Part shown: positions 40,301 to 49,079 of the stretch, piece by piece
Layout: every line of letters begins with the position of its first letter
Numbering within the stretch: position 1 is the first letter of the stretch
Source: Antedon mediterranea
Taxonomy: Eukaryota > Animalia > Echinodermata
DNA: 64,000 bases
Assembly (NCBI RefSeq): GCF_964355755.1
Contig: NC_092672.1
Span: 38,136,437 to 38,200,436 of the forward strand
Direction: 5' to 3'
Program-made: the position numbers and the translations under genes
Notes under the pieces: model-generated
Databases searched by the model: none
Told to the model about the DNA's origin: nothing
Seen by the model: the letters and a program-made list of their open reading frames with translations, nothing else

Positions 40301-43300
40301 TAAGACAAGACATCATTTGACCCACGCACGCGCCGTACATATGCCTCACGCACGCGCCGTACATGCCTTACGCACGCATTCATTTATACGCGCGTTAATA
40401 AATTAATCAATACAGTAAACTATATGTGTACTTAATATATTAATAATATAACTGAAACAATTCATAGATTGGTGAATCGACGTTGAATGATAACTGCACT
40501 ATGAACTGCACATGCGCAGTATCAGGAAAGATTGAGTGTATTGAATTCGACTGTCCATCGGGGTTGGTATGTGGTGCATTGGAAGGACAGCGGCAGTGCT
40601 TTGAAGGTTCGTGACATGATAACAAAAACGTCTTCTTAATTTACTGTAGTTCAATATTTAATGGAAGTATCATCTTTGTAACAACATAACAAACATGTTT
40701 TGTCGGCATAATTATTAAGGACACTCTTCTTCGTTCATATAATAAAACTATTGATTTAGTGTCTTTATTTACCATTCATATGACTTATTTAAAACCACAG
40801 GCCCGACTACTATTGCACCAGAAGTTACGTCAGTGGTTCAAATAACGACAGCAGCTGAGCAAACTACAGATAGGCACACTCCTCCGACAGATATCACAAC
40901 ACATGGTGACGTCACAACACAGAAAGACGCCACCACTCAGAAAGACGACACAACACAGGGTGACGTCACAACACAGAAAGACGCCACCACTCAGAAAGAC
41001 GACACAACACAGGGTGACGTCACAACACAGAAAGAGGCCACCACTCAGAAAGACGACACAACACAGGACGGCGTCACAACACAGAAAGAGGCCACCACTC
41101 AGAAAGACGACACAACACAGGACGGCGTCACAACACAGAAATACGTCACTACTCAGAAAGACAATACAACTCAGAAAGACGTCACCACTCAGAAAGACGT
41201 TACCACACAGAAAGACGTCACCACTCAGAAAGACCTCACCACTCAGAAAGCGCTCACCACAGCAGCCCGTGAAACTACAATCCCCAGTTTCTCATATACT
41301 TATGACGTCAGTCAACTCTCTAGTAGCACCATAACAGTTGTGTGGACTACTAATATAGATCTGATGAATGTCATGGCAAGATATAGACTTGCAACTGAAG
41401 AACTCTGGAGTGATGACGTAACCACAATTCCTGGTTCACGCATGATGTATCAACTAAGTGACATTGAGGCTGCTAGTTCGTATATTATACAACTGATTTT
41501 CAATTATGGTACTGATTCAACTACTGAAAGTAATGACCTAATAGAAACCAGTTGTGAAGTTGGATTTCAGGGGGCTACAGAATGTGAAGGTACGGAACAA
41601 CCATTATGAAACTATCTCAATGTATATCAAAAAGCTCCATAATAGTTCACCCTAAAAGTTTATTAACAGACAAATACATTGTGAGAAAAAAAATAAAAAT
41701 TTCAAAATCTTTTGAATGTCAACCATCATTTGCCTCCCTATCACTCTTAAGTTTTTGAACCGTTTTTAGTGTTTAGTATGAACTAAGTACAAAGAGTGGT
41801 GGTTACTACCGGCTTCTAATGTTTGAAAAACATGTGTTGCTTTAAAAAAGTCCCCTCTAGCAAATCTTGTTCAGTAAAATAAATTATGTATTCCTAATAT
41901 GTATCTATAGATTATCGTGAACTCGGTGCTTATGACGTCATTCTACAAGATGCTAGCAGTGATAGTCTTGTACTAAGCTGGGAAGTAAACGCCACATTGC
42001 AGGAATCACTTGTCTGGATCATGGTGCAGTATCAATTTCCAAATGAAACGACAGAATGGCAGAATGGTACTGTGCTACCTGCTAACGCCACAAGTTACAC
42101 AATTGCACAACTTGAGTCTGGTGTATTGTATGAACTAAGAGTGTTGGTCTTAATAGACACTTCAAACTCTGGGTCTAGAAGAAGAAAACGAGCAATCGAA
42201 AGTGGATTCGGAGAAAGTTTCGTTGTTACGTATGCTACGTGTCCTACGAATTTCCAGGGACAGAATTGTGAAACAGGTTCGTTAGATCAATTTCTGTTTG
42301 TTTGATATTTTTCTTTTGTAAACTGAATGTTAGAAAATAGGACCAGGAACAATGCCACCACATTTACATTGCGTATTAAAATGAAGTAACTATGCGCGCA
42401 TGCGTAAGTCATAGGTTGTTGCTAATCGACGCCATGACATACACGTTTGGAGGTTGTCATGTTTGTTTTATTTTATTGTATTCTTTTTATATAGATATAA
42501 CAATCACAATACCACCAACAGATCCAAGTGGTAAGTTTAAATTATTATTTTAATGAATGTCAAATAATTTCTTATAGTATAGTATAGTAGTTTATTCTTT
42601 CCTGGTAAAAAATATCTAAAATAAAAATATCAATCAATACATGAACATTATAATACATTAAAACTCTCTACATTTTATTTGACTATAGAAACTACAGCTG
42701 TACCAATAGAAGATGGCAGTAAGTATATATGGATTCGTCTTTATTTTGAATTAGATAGTTTCGTTCAAATGGAATGCCAAACTTATACAATGTATATTTA
42801 AGTTATATTAGTGAAGGACTTTAATTAATCATTCCCATAATGCAATGAAAGTATATACATTTCTAAATAAAACTTTTACATTGAATGGCACTTTATGTAT
42901 TAGGCGTACCTTGTATGGAATATAAACATGTTGAAGTATTACCAGTCATCACCTTTTTGTTTATTTCAGTTGATCAACTGGTAGTTATCATCATTGTATG
43001 CGTCTCGCTGGTTTTCTTATTTATTTTGCTGCTTTTAATCACATTGTTTGTCTACAGATCACACTTAAGGTACAGTATTATTTAGTACTATTAGTTTAAT
43101 ATAACAAAATCAAAATTTTGACTCAGAAATGTAATGATCATACGTATTAGAACTGTAATGTTTGGTTCCCACTTGGACGCAATGCAACGTAAGCAACGCA
43201 TCTAAGTTGACCAATCACGACGCGATGTATTATCCAAATTGTCGCTTGTGATTGGTCAACTCACTTACGTTGCGCCTACGTCATTGCGTTGCGTCCAAGT

Positions 43301-43666
43301 GGGAACTGAGCTAACGTGCGCCTTAAAACATTACGTATTTTTAAGACTATATTAATTTTAAATTTTGTTTGTATTAATAGACGCAGAAATCTCATCCGTA
43401 AAGGCCCAGATCCAAACTTTTACTCGACACGCATTTCGCGTTCCAGTTCGTTAACATTTTCCTCGTCCGATTCTGAATCAACTTATGCCAATGAAGCCAT
43501 CATGGTCTTTGATAATGATGGAGTGAATTACTACGAAGATATACGAATGGAAAACTTTTACGATAACGTCAGAGGCAAAGAAAAATTGCCACCACCACGT
43601 ATGAAGCATGCAGACTACGAAAATCCGAGGATAGAACGCTATAACGCAGCCTACAAAGAGGGTTAA
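1..43666 (+). CDS. Giant multi-exon membrane-anchored FCGBP/zonadhesin/tectorin-like protein (5'-truncated by the window): VWD-C8-TIL-EGF repeats, 2 mucin domains, 2 FN3, TM, Tyr-rich tail
   Basis: 74 exons with GT..AG boundaries join in one frame with matching phases (about 16,966 coding nt, about 5,650 aa) to TAA at 43664-43666. Motifs WGDPHY, TCGLCG(N/D), FG(N/D)SW, C8 'CxYDxC..C..YAxAC' and TIL 'YNPC..ACPxTC..C..C.E.C.C..G.VL.G..C' recur in order. Confidence 0.9.
1449..3054 (+). CDS. Repeat unit 2: VWD-C8-TIL-TILa/EGF-like (399 aa)
   Basis: Exons 1449-1774, 1872-2030, 2123-2456, 2555-2754, 2877-3054 (326+159+334+200+178=1197 nt); WGDPHY in the first exon. Confidence 0.9.
3172..4776 (+). 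CDS. Repeat unit 3
   Basis: Exons 3172-3497, 3595-3753, 3845-4178, 4277-4476, 4599-4776; same sequence as unit 2. Confidence 0.9.
4894..6498 (+). CDS. Repeat unit 4
   Basis: Exons 4894-5219, 5317-5475, 5567-5900, 5999-6198, 6321-6498. Confidence 0.9.
6616..8220 (+). CDS. Repeat unit 5
   Basis: Exons 6616-6941, 7039-7197, 7289-7622, 7721-7920, 8043-8220. Confidence 0.9.
8338..9942 (+). CDS. Repeat unit 6
   Basis: Exons 8338-8663, 8761-8919, 9011-9344, 9443-9642, 9765-9942. Confidence 0.9.
10059..11664 (+). CDS. Repeat unit 7
   Basis: Exons 10059-10384, 10482-10640, 10733-11066, 11165-11364, 11487-11664. Confidence 0.9.
11781..13385 (+). CDS. Repeat unit 8
   Basis: Exons 11781-12106, 12204-12362, 12454-12787, 12886-13085, 13208-13385. 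Confidence 0.9.
13502..15106 (+). CDS. Repeat unit 9 (last homogenised unit)
   Basis: Exons 13502-13827, 13925-14083, 14175-14508, 14607-14806, 14929-15106. Confidence 0.9.
15256..17557 (+). CDS. Unit 10 (diverged, 5 exons): VWD-C8-TIL-TILa/EGF
   Basis: Exons 15256-15575 (APSFCTIWGDPHY), 15863-16021 (TCGLCGNYN), 16344-16671 (C8), 16807-17003 (TIL), 17383-17557 (CVCNDGFKGDGYSC); phases match. Confidence 0.88.
17887..21480 (+). CDS. Unit 11 (diverged, 7 exons): VWD-C8-TIL-TILa/EGF
   Basis: Exons 17887-18098 (WGDPHY), 18442-18546, 18887-19042 (TCGLCGNFDG), 19146-19284, 20177-20356, 20745-20950, 21297-21480 (CYCNDGYLGDGKNC). Confidence 0.88.
18648..18802. mobile_element. MITE family A (Harbinger/Tourist-like)
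   Basis: TIR AGCTCWGTCTACACTATCAAAC..GTTTGATAGTGTAGACAGAGCT, TAA/TTA flanks, internal GGACATGATGATGTCATATCACTACC; 7 copies in the window. Confidence 0.75.
19906..20030. mobile_element. MITE family A copy
   Basis: Same internal motif and right TIR GTTTGATAGTGTAGACAGAGCT|TAA. Confidence 0.75.
20444..20512 (+). mobile_element. Degenerate tRNA-derived (SINE head) fragment
   Basis: A-box-like TAGCTTGATGG and B-box-like GGTTCAATCC at tRNA spacing; stems do not pair well. Confidence 0.45.
21052..21191. mobile_element. MITE family A copy
   Basis: Same internal motif and right TIR. Confidence 0.75.
21699..21829. mobile_element. Probable MITE
   Basis: AGCCTGTTTACCACTA..TAGTGGCAAACCGGCT imperfect TIR after TAA. 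Confidence 0.5.
22126..23040 (+). CDS. Acidic Thr/Ser-rich mucin-like exon (305 codons)
   Basis: tttag|TC..ACG|gtaag, phase 1-1, 915 nt; repeats TTIDE(S/A) and SIITEVFTEYE(P/A)TT. Confidence 0.85.
23432..24200. repeat. Two diverged copies of an unclassified ~160-bp repeat (about 23432-23588 and 24021-24200); related segment near 50620-50685
   Basis: Shared TAGACTTGCCCCAA..GTATACGTATGAAACG..GCCAAAATATTTAT..ACTAATATTAAGTCAAAACTC. Confidence 0.65.
24651..24710 (+). CDS. 60-nt Thr/Pro-rich linker exon (VVTTKKPTTLAPTSGPTTIS)
   Basis: Polypyrimidine..aacag| ... CAG|gtaggc; phase 1-1, mucin-like content. Confidence 0.7.
24924..25280. mobile_element. Decayed Kolobok-like copy (opposite orientation to 55927-56241)
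   Basis: AGATGTATTGTCCCC start; interior GGTTGAATATG..GTCACATA..ATCCACCTTGACCAAAAATTGGAT matches the reverse complement of about 56140-56205. Confidence 0.6.
25572..25675. repeat. 52-bp tandem duplication
   Basis: CTGATTACATCAACT(G/A)CTTACATTCAGTGACTGTCTTGATACTCCGCATTT twice. Confidence 0.85.
28537..30707 (+). CDS. TIL exon and TILa/EGF exon
   Basis: Exons 28537-28736 (EPECPSNSTYNTCGCQTFC..CVCDKGF) and 30527-30707 (NYLTEDCSSNCTC..CVCDPGYEGDGVDC). Confidence 0.85.
29426..29533. mobile_element. MITE family B (palindromic, Harbinger-like)
   Basis: TIR AGCTTGGTTCCCACTAGGACG; family core TTGACCAATCACAAGCGA..TCGCTTGTGATTGGTCAA. Confidence 0.65.
30805..30858. repeat. 13-bp tandem repeat x4
   Basis: (GCATAATTATATA)4. 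Confidence 0.85.
30863..30985. mobile_element. MITE family B copy
   Basis: AGCCTGGTTTCCACTAGG..TTGCGTTGCGTC..GAACCAAACT. Confidence 0.6.
31502..40606 (+). CDS. Unit 12 (diverged, 7 exons): VWD-C8-TIL-TILa
   Basis: Exons 31502-31725 (WGDPHY), 32927-33031, 33433-33588 (VRGLCGN), 34166-34307, 34660-34827, 40030-40238 (TIL), 40468-40606. Confidence 0.87.
31762..31904. mobile_element. MITE family B copy
   Basis: AGCTTGCTTCCC..CGCTTGTCATTGGTCAA..GGGAACCAAACT. Confidence 0.6.
33739..33864. repeat. 41-bp tandem repeat x3
   Basis: CTTCCACATCACAGGCCTGCCTTTCGTGGAGTGCCATCTTT at 33739, 33780, 33821. Confidence 0.9.
34958..35058. mobile_element. MITE family A copy (internally deleted)
   Basis: AGCTCTATATACAATATCAAAC..GTTTGATACTGTAGACAGAGCT. 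Confidence 0.7.
35113..39668. repeat. Intronic 62-bp minisatellite, about 73.5 copies
   Basis: Unit TTAACCTACGCGATAGTACAATGATTGCTGTGAGGGAGTTATTATATTCTCGTGTCACACTC; starts at 35113, 35175 ... 39639 (exact 62-bp period). Confidence 0.97.
40801..41589 (+). CDS. Second mucin (18-nt DxTTQK repeat) plus FN3-like domain
   Basis: cacag|GC..GAAG|gtacg, phase 1-1; TTQK hexapeptides about 40905-41260, then SSSTITVVW..Y..LSDIEAASSYIIQL (FN3 pattern) and CEVGFQGATEC. Confidence 0.83.
41911..42276 (+). CDS. Second FN3 domain with RRRKR proprotein-convertase site
   Basis: SSDSLVLSWE..VQYQ..TSYTIAQLESGVLYELRV is a classic FN3 signature; RRRKR at 42177-42191; ends CPTNFQGQNCE. Confidence 0.85.
42495..42718 (+). 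CDS. Two juxtamembrane micro-exons
   Basis: 42495-42530 (36 nt, DITITIPPTDPS) and 42689-42718 (30 nt, ETTAVPIEDG); both ag|..|gtaag, phase 1-1. Confidence 0.72.
42970..43069 (+). CDS. Transmembrane exon
   Basis: LVVIIIVCVSLVFLFILLLLITLFVY followed by basic RSHLR; ttcag|..AG|gtacag, phase 1-2. Confidence 0.88.
43159..43312. mobile_element. MITE family B copy
   Basis: GGTTCCCACTTGGACGCAATGCAA..TTGCGTTGCGTCCAAGTGGGAAC; near-complete hairpin. Confidence 0.75.
43381..43666 (+). CDS. Terminal exon: cytoplasmic tail with Tyr motifs
   Basis: Phase-2 acceptor aatag|A CGC AGA; RRRNLIRK..YANE..YYEDI..FYDNV..PPPR..DYENP..YKEG*. Confidence 0.85.
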
Positions 43667-43888
43667 TAAGGGTGAACTACTAGGCCTAGGAAATTTAATG
43701 TAATATTGTTAGTTTCTTCCTTTAAAAAAATGTAAAATATAGATATTGCTTATCGTTTGTTTATACTCTTTACCGTTTTTCCTCTTAATTTATTCCTGAA
43801 TACACGTTTTAAAAATTGTATTATTTGGTAATGTAATTTTTCTTAGAAGAAGTAATTGATTTTTGTGTTAATTACTCATCATTATGTT

Positions 43889-43894
43889 AATAAA
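43889..43894 (+). promoter_or_regulatory. Candidate polyadenylation signal AATAAA
   Basis: First canonical hexamer I saw, about 220 nt after the stop; AT-rich background makes it weak evidence. Confidence 0.35.
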
Positions 43895-45581
43895 TATATA
43901 GTCTGATATAGTATAAATACTTGTGTAAAGATAAAGACGCTATGCCATGCTTTCGTACACCTATTTAGAGGGCGTGCTACTATCGAGCAACTATCGAATA
44001 GTAGTAGATCACACGACTCTACTGCGAACAGCGGATCGAAGAGGGTGCCGTGACCCTCGAGGTAGCAAGTAAACGGACAACAAAGTATAGCTTTTAGTAT
44101 GGATAATATCAACCTGATAATAATATATTTTTTTTAAACCAAAATATGAAAACCAAAATATGATAACCAAAGATGATTTACTATTTTATATCAGTTTGTT
44201 TATATACTGAATACTGAATACTGAAATGCTTTATTTGTCCATCATCATCATAAAATAACAACAGAAATTCTTCTTGAAGATTGACAATTATTAGTAAAAT
44301 AATAAATAGATATACAATAAAATATATTATGTACACACACATAATTGCACAAAAAAAATATAAGTTATGAAACACGGTGTAAAAATGACAAGGTATTAAA
44401 ATTGAATAGGATTCAGGAGATTAAAATAGTTTAAAACAGCTTTAAAAGGATTAAAAACAGCTTTAAAAGGATTCAAACCATTAGAATGTTCCTAAAACCT
44501 TACAATTTATAAATTGCTAAAATTCAAATAGGCTAAAAATGTTAAAAACGTTTAAAAATATTAAAAATATAAAAACATTTATGGTGAATGTTCACATTTT
44601 AAAATTTTAACTTTAGAGGTAATCTTTCCAGCTGGAATAAATTATGCCAGTTGATACTGAGGGCTCTTACTAGAGAGAAGAAAGTTTGTAGAGAATGTCA
44701 ACATTTTTGTAGGTAGATTCTAGATAGATCATAATTATAGTTCTACTGTTAAGGTGAAATAATTTATTTAAAATTTCACTTATATTACAAAAATAAAAGT
44801 TATTATATACTTCTTACCATTGCGTTTCATGTTGTCAAACGTATTAACATCTTAAATGCTTATATTTCTTTCATTTGATGTCAAGCCCGTAGCCATGGGA
44901 GTGGCGTTCGAACGAAACCTCTTTTTCTAAAGTTACCTTTCAAACCATACGAGCAGCCGCGGAAGGGCTGGTAAATAGGCTGACATTTCCTGGCTTATTA
45001 ATGAAAATTTTTCCGCCCGCCCCTTAAAAAAGCTCACCTTTAAAAAAAAACTGGCTATAAGGTTTATAGCGTGCGCGACGCATGGTGGGAAGGACGCGTA
45101 CGTACGTGATTTGTTGTTTGTATGTTACGCGTCATAACGTTTCCTCCCAAACCCTTTCTAGCATACAATGTGCAAGCTATTTGCGATAACCTTATTGGCT
45201 TGATTGTGCTTTTTTAAAATTATGAATTGTACATGGTTGTATCTTCATACCGTATTGTACGTTTGTGGGGAATTTACATTAAACAGCGCCATCACTTTAA
45301 AATATTCTTCAAAAGAAAATGATATACACGAGTCTATTATTTTGTATAGCAGCAACTAAAGGCTTTTTTCAACAGGTTAACAGTTGAGTAATTATACCAA
45401 CAGAGTCTGGTCTTGGCTGTGCGCGTAATCAACAGTGATGTACATTTCCATTGGTAGATATCAAAAGAAGAAGACCGGAAGTAGTTGTTGATTGGCTTAA
45501 GGATGATACGCACAACCTAAATAAAAAGACAGAATCGGATCTTTCCTCCTTTTCAAAAGTTTTTAGTTGCAATAAGAAGAA

Positions 45582-46582
45582 ATGGATATTGACGAAGCTG
45601 GTGGATCTCGAATGCCAGATCAAAGGCTTCGTGATCGTGTCATCAAACGATATTCGGAGAAATTGTACCTTCTTGACAGTAATCAGAATAAAAAAGATGT
45701 TAACATTGAAAGTGTACCATCACAAACTAAAGAGGCAGAACCAGAGGAAAAGGATGAGCAAACTGCGTGTAGCGTCAACCATGGGGCTATCAAATGTAAA
45801 TTTCTTTTCTTTTTTTTCTTCGGAGCAAGGGCTTCTATCGAACCGTATCTTGCTGTTTATTTTAAACAACTTGGGCTTACCCCATCGGATATCGGAATTT
45901 TATATTCAATACGACCGTTATTATCGTTGGTATTTTCACCAGTGTTTGGTTGGATGGCTGACCGTTACAACGCTAGTAGAATCATTATTTATCCGTCGTT
46001 GTTTTCATGGAGTATATTTGTGTTCGCAATGGCGTTTATACCACAGCCGGAGCACATACCATGTAATGCAGCACGGAACACATTTGAGCAACTTTATGGA
46101 CAAAATGCTTTAAATTCATGCCTTCACGAAACTACAACTATAGATAGTTTCAGTACATATCCACAAGGAAGTTATCACATCAATAGAGATTTAGAAAATA
46201 AGTCTATAGCCCACGGTCTAGCCATGCGGGATTTGAGTTCAATACAAAGTTACAATAACAATGATAGTCTACATACACCTCATTCAAACTCTAGTATTTT
46301 CAACGAGACGATGTCAACTACATTAGCAAGCCGTCCAGAAGCTGAACCTTACTTGGAAGAACCTGAGTCAGTACTATGCACCTCAAGTACAACGTGGTTA
46401 TATAGTTCTTTTGATTTAAAACGAATTTTTCTAATAGTCTTAACATTGAATGTGGTCGGTGAGATTTTCCAGGCACCGGCTCCTGCTATCATGAACACCG
46501 CTATATTGAATACTTTAGGCGAGGAAAACCACCACCAGTTCGGGTACCAACGAGCATTTGGAAGCGCATCAGCAGCTTTTAT
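45582..46582 (+). CDS. MFSD6: MFS transporter, MFSD6-like, first coding exon
   Basis: KFLFFFFFGARASIEPYLAVYFKQLGLTPSDIGILYSIRPLLSLVFSPVFGWMADRY and FGYQRAFGS resemble MFSD6-family motifs (YYKQLG, PFWGxxADR, YGxQRxWGS), with a long luminal loop; donor AT|gtaagt at 46582. Symbol is family-level only. Confidence 0.8.
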
Positions 46583-48886
46583 GTAAGTACTGACTAAGTT
46601 TATCTTTCAATCCTACAGTTCAGCACTGGTTACCGTAAATTGGCCTACATTAAAAAAAAAATTGAATTCGACAAGAAATAATGAGTGATCAATCCAGTAA
46701 AGCATTAACAGGGGCATGCGGGTATCGACAACGCTGTACAGTGTACTATGTATTATATTGTACAAATATATCACGGGGAAATTTTGCTAACTTTAGACAC
46801 AAAACAAATCAATTTACAAGTTCATTCAAAACACATATAAAAGCTCAAGAACATATAGACTAGATGATACTAAAGTTAATCCACATTAACATGGTTGATC
46901 GGTCACTCATTTTAATCTAATACTTTTGAATTGAAAAACTTAATGGCTTCAACAAAAGTCTATATATTTTAAATCACCCGTTTCCAAAACCCATTGTATA
47001 CCTGTACCATACTACACATTAAAACAAACAAGTTTGTGTCATCTACAACAAAGAGTTAACTGCATATTTCTCCCACCACCATCTTATATACCAACTAACT
47101 TTATACCAAATCTATTAACTCCATCAACGTTGTTAGTTAAACTATTCCTTTTTTTATTTTCAAACTGTCACTCAACACTGCTGCTCCATTCAATAATATA
47201 ATGCTATAGCCTATAAGTGCATAAGAATGTTTCACAATTCGTAAACAAGAGTATTCTGTCCCAGACATGTCTTCCTTCACAAGGCGACTTTTTTTTTCGC
47301 ACGAATCGAAATTTTATTTATTACCATAAAAAAGAAAAAGATAAAAAATAAAACACGAAATAAATTATTGTTTGGTACTGGGGATATCCCTCTAAATCCT
47401 ACTAGGTTTCCACGCATGCGTATTAATATTTCCTTCTCTGTTTGTGACGTGAAGAAATGCGCAACCAATGAGAGAACTCAGGAATTCAATACGTGCGATT
47501 ATCGGTAATTGTGAAACAGGCTTTGAGAATCTACAATATAATTAGAATGTTAATACTATTACTATTTTTTGTAAAAGCATATATGTCGCGTGAAACATGT
47601 CACTTTCACAGGTATCACGTGAATACGGGTGAATTAAGTGAGCGGAGAATATTATAAAATGTTATTAATAAATGATTATTAATTTTTTTTTATCATATCA
47701 TTCGGTTACTTTGGATATTAAAAAGGTAACATTAAAAATGAATGGATTATTTTAATGCTCAGAACTTATATGAATTTCGTATTTTTACAAGATTAAACAA
47801 ATTTGTGTTTACGCGACGACAAATCTTGGCAGAATCTGTGACGTATTTGGCGTTCTATAGACGCCTCCCAATGACAAATATTTCAGAGAATATACTGTTC
47901 TGTTTCACATGTAGGCATCTTTGGCCTAAAAACAAGCAATTCATTACACTTGACTTGTTTACTTACAAATGTCAACATTAATAATGCAGGTAGGTCTATA
48001 ATGTTGTAAAAAAAACCGAATAATAATCATAAGTGCGGCACACAATACGATATTTTGTTAATACAGTACACGATATAGAAGCATGTGTTGAGTCACAAAC
48101 AATAGCTAAGACGCCAATGCTTTGATTAGCGTAAGCAAACCGGGCACCACTATTTAATAGTCCAACAATGAGGAGACGTACATTGTTCGTTTTGTAATAT
48201 TGACATCATTTAATGAACAATTTACGATCAATTTATTAATCAAATATAATTTTAATATACAGTAGGCTTATATTTTGATGGCTAATTAACTATCGTGGAG
48301 TACTTTCATTCAAATTCAGTAATTTACCGTGTGTATTCTGATGTGTGCCTATATTTAGCATTATGTGAATGAATATACCTAAACAGTAATAGTATATGAG
48401 GGAATATTCACTGCAGTAATCAGTTGCGATATAATGATAGAGAACAGGGCTAGTGGTGTACAAAACAAACATATACCCCTTCAGTGCGCACATACTAAAA
48501 TGTATACAAACCGCTTGTGTGTTTGTGCGTGACAAACTTTTGCGGTAGGTGGTGTTAAAGTAGTAGAGTACTTTCGTAATAGTGTTCATTTTCATGGCGA
48601 CACGCTATATTATGTACATCAGTAAGGTAAAACCAATAAATTGAAAAAATGTTGACAGCACGCTCTCTTACATAGTCGACTGTTATATAATATGTCAACT
48701 TCTTGTACATGTAAGTCGTGCGCGCGGAATTCGTGTCTCTTTGGTTACTGATGAATATTTTGTTATCATTGTATGAGAATTTGATACACTAAAATCGTGA
48801 GCGACGAATGTTTGTGAAGAAAGAAAATATGATGTCCTGTATCTGTCGACAGTTTATCATAATGAATGATGACCAAATATGATTTC

Positions 48887-49047
48887 AGCTTGGTTCCCAT
48901 TAAGATGCAACGTAACGGACGTAAACGTAACGCAAACTTGTTGACCAATGGCAAGCGACTGTTCGGATTATCTATCCATTGTGATTGGTCCAAGCACTTG
49001 CGTTTTACCTCGTCACTGTGTTGTGCGTCCTAATGGGAGCTTAAGCA
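48887..49047. mobile_element. MITE family B copy
   Basis: AGCTTGGTTCCCATTAAGATGCAACG..GCGTCCTAATGGGAGC. Confidence 0.7.
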
Positions 49048-49079
49048 TAATCCTGTAGAAATGACTTTAAAGACTAATG

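Noticed and set aside
40903-41334. Basic 143-aa RKT-repeat ORF
   Set aside because: Alternative frame of the TTQK mucin repeat with no compatible splice phase.
45451-46113. 220-aa ORF overlapping the MFSD6-like exon
   Set aside because: Out-of-frame overlap with a non-ATG start and no recognisable motifs.
48745-48790. CTGATGA hammerhead core
   Set aside because: No stem II/GAAA arrangement could be folded around it.
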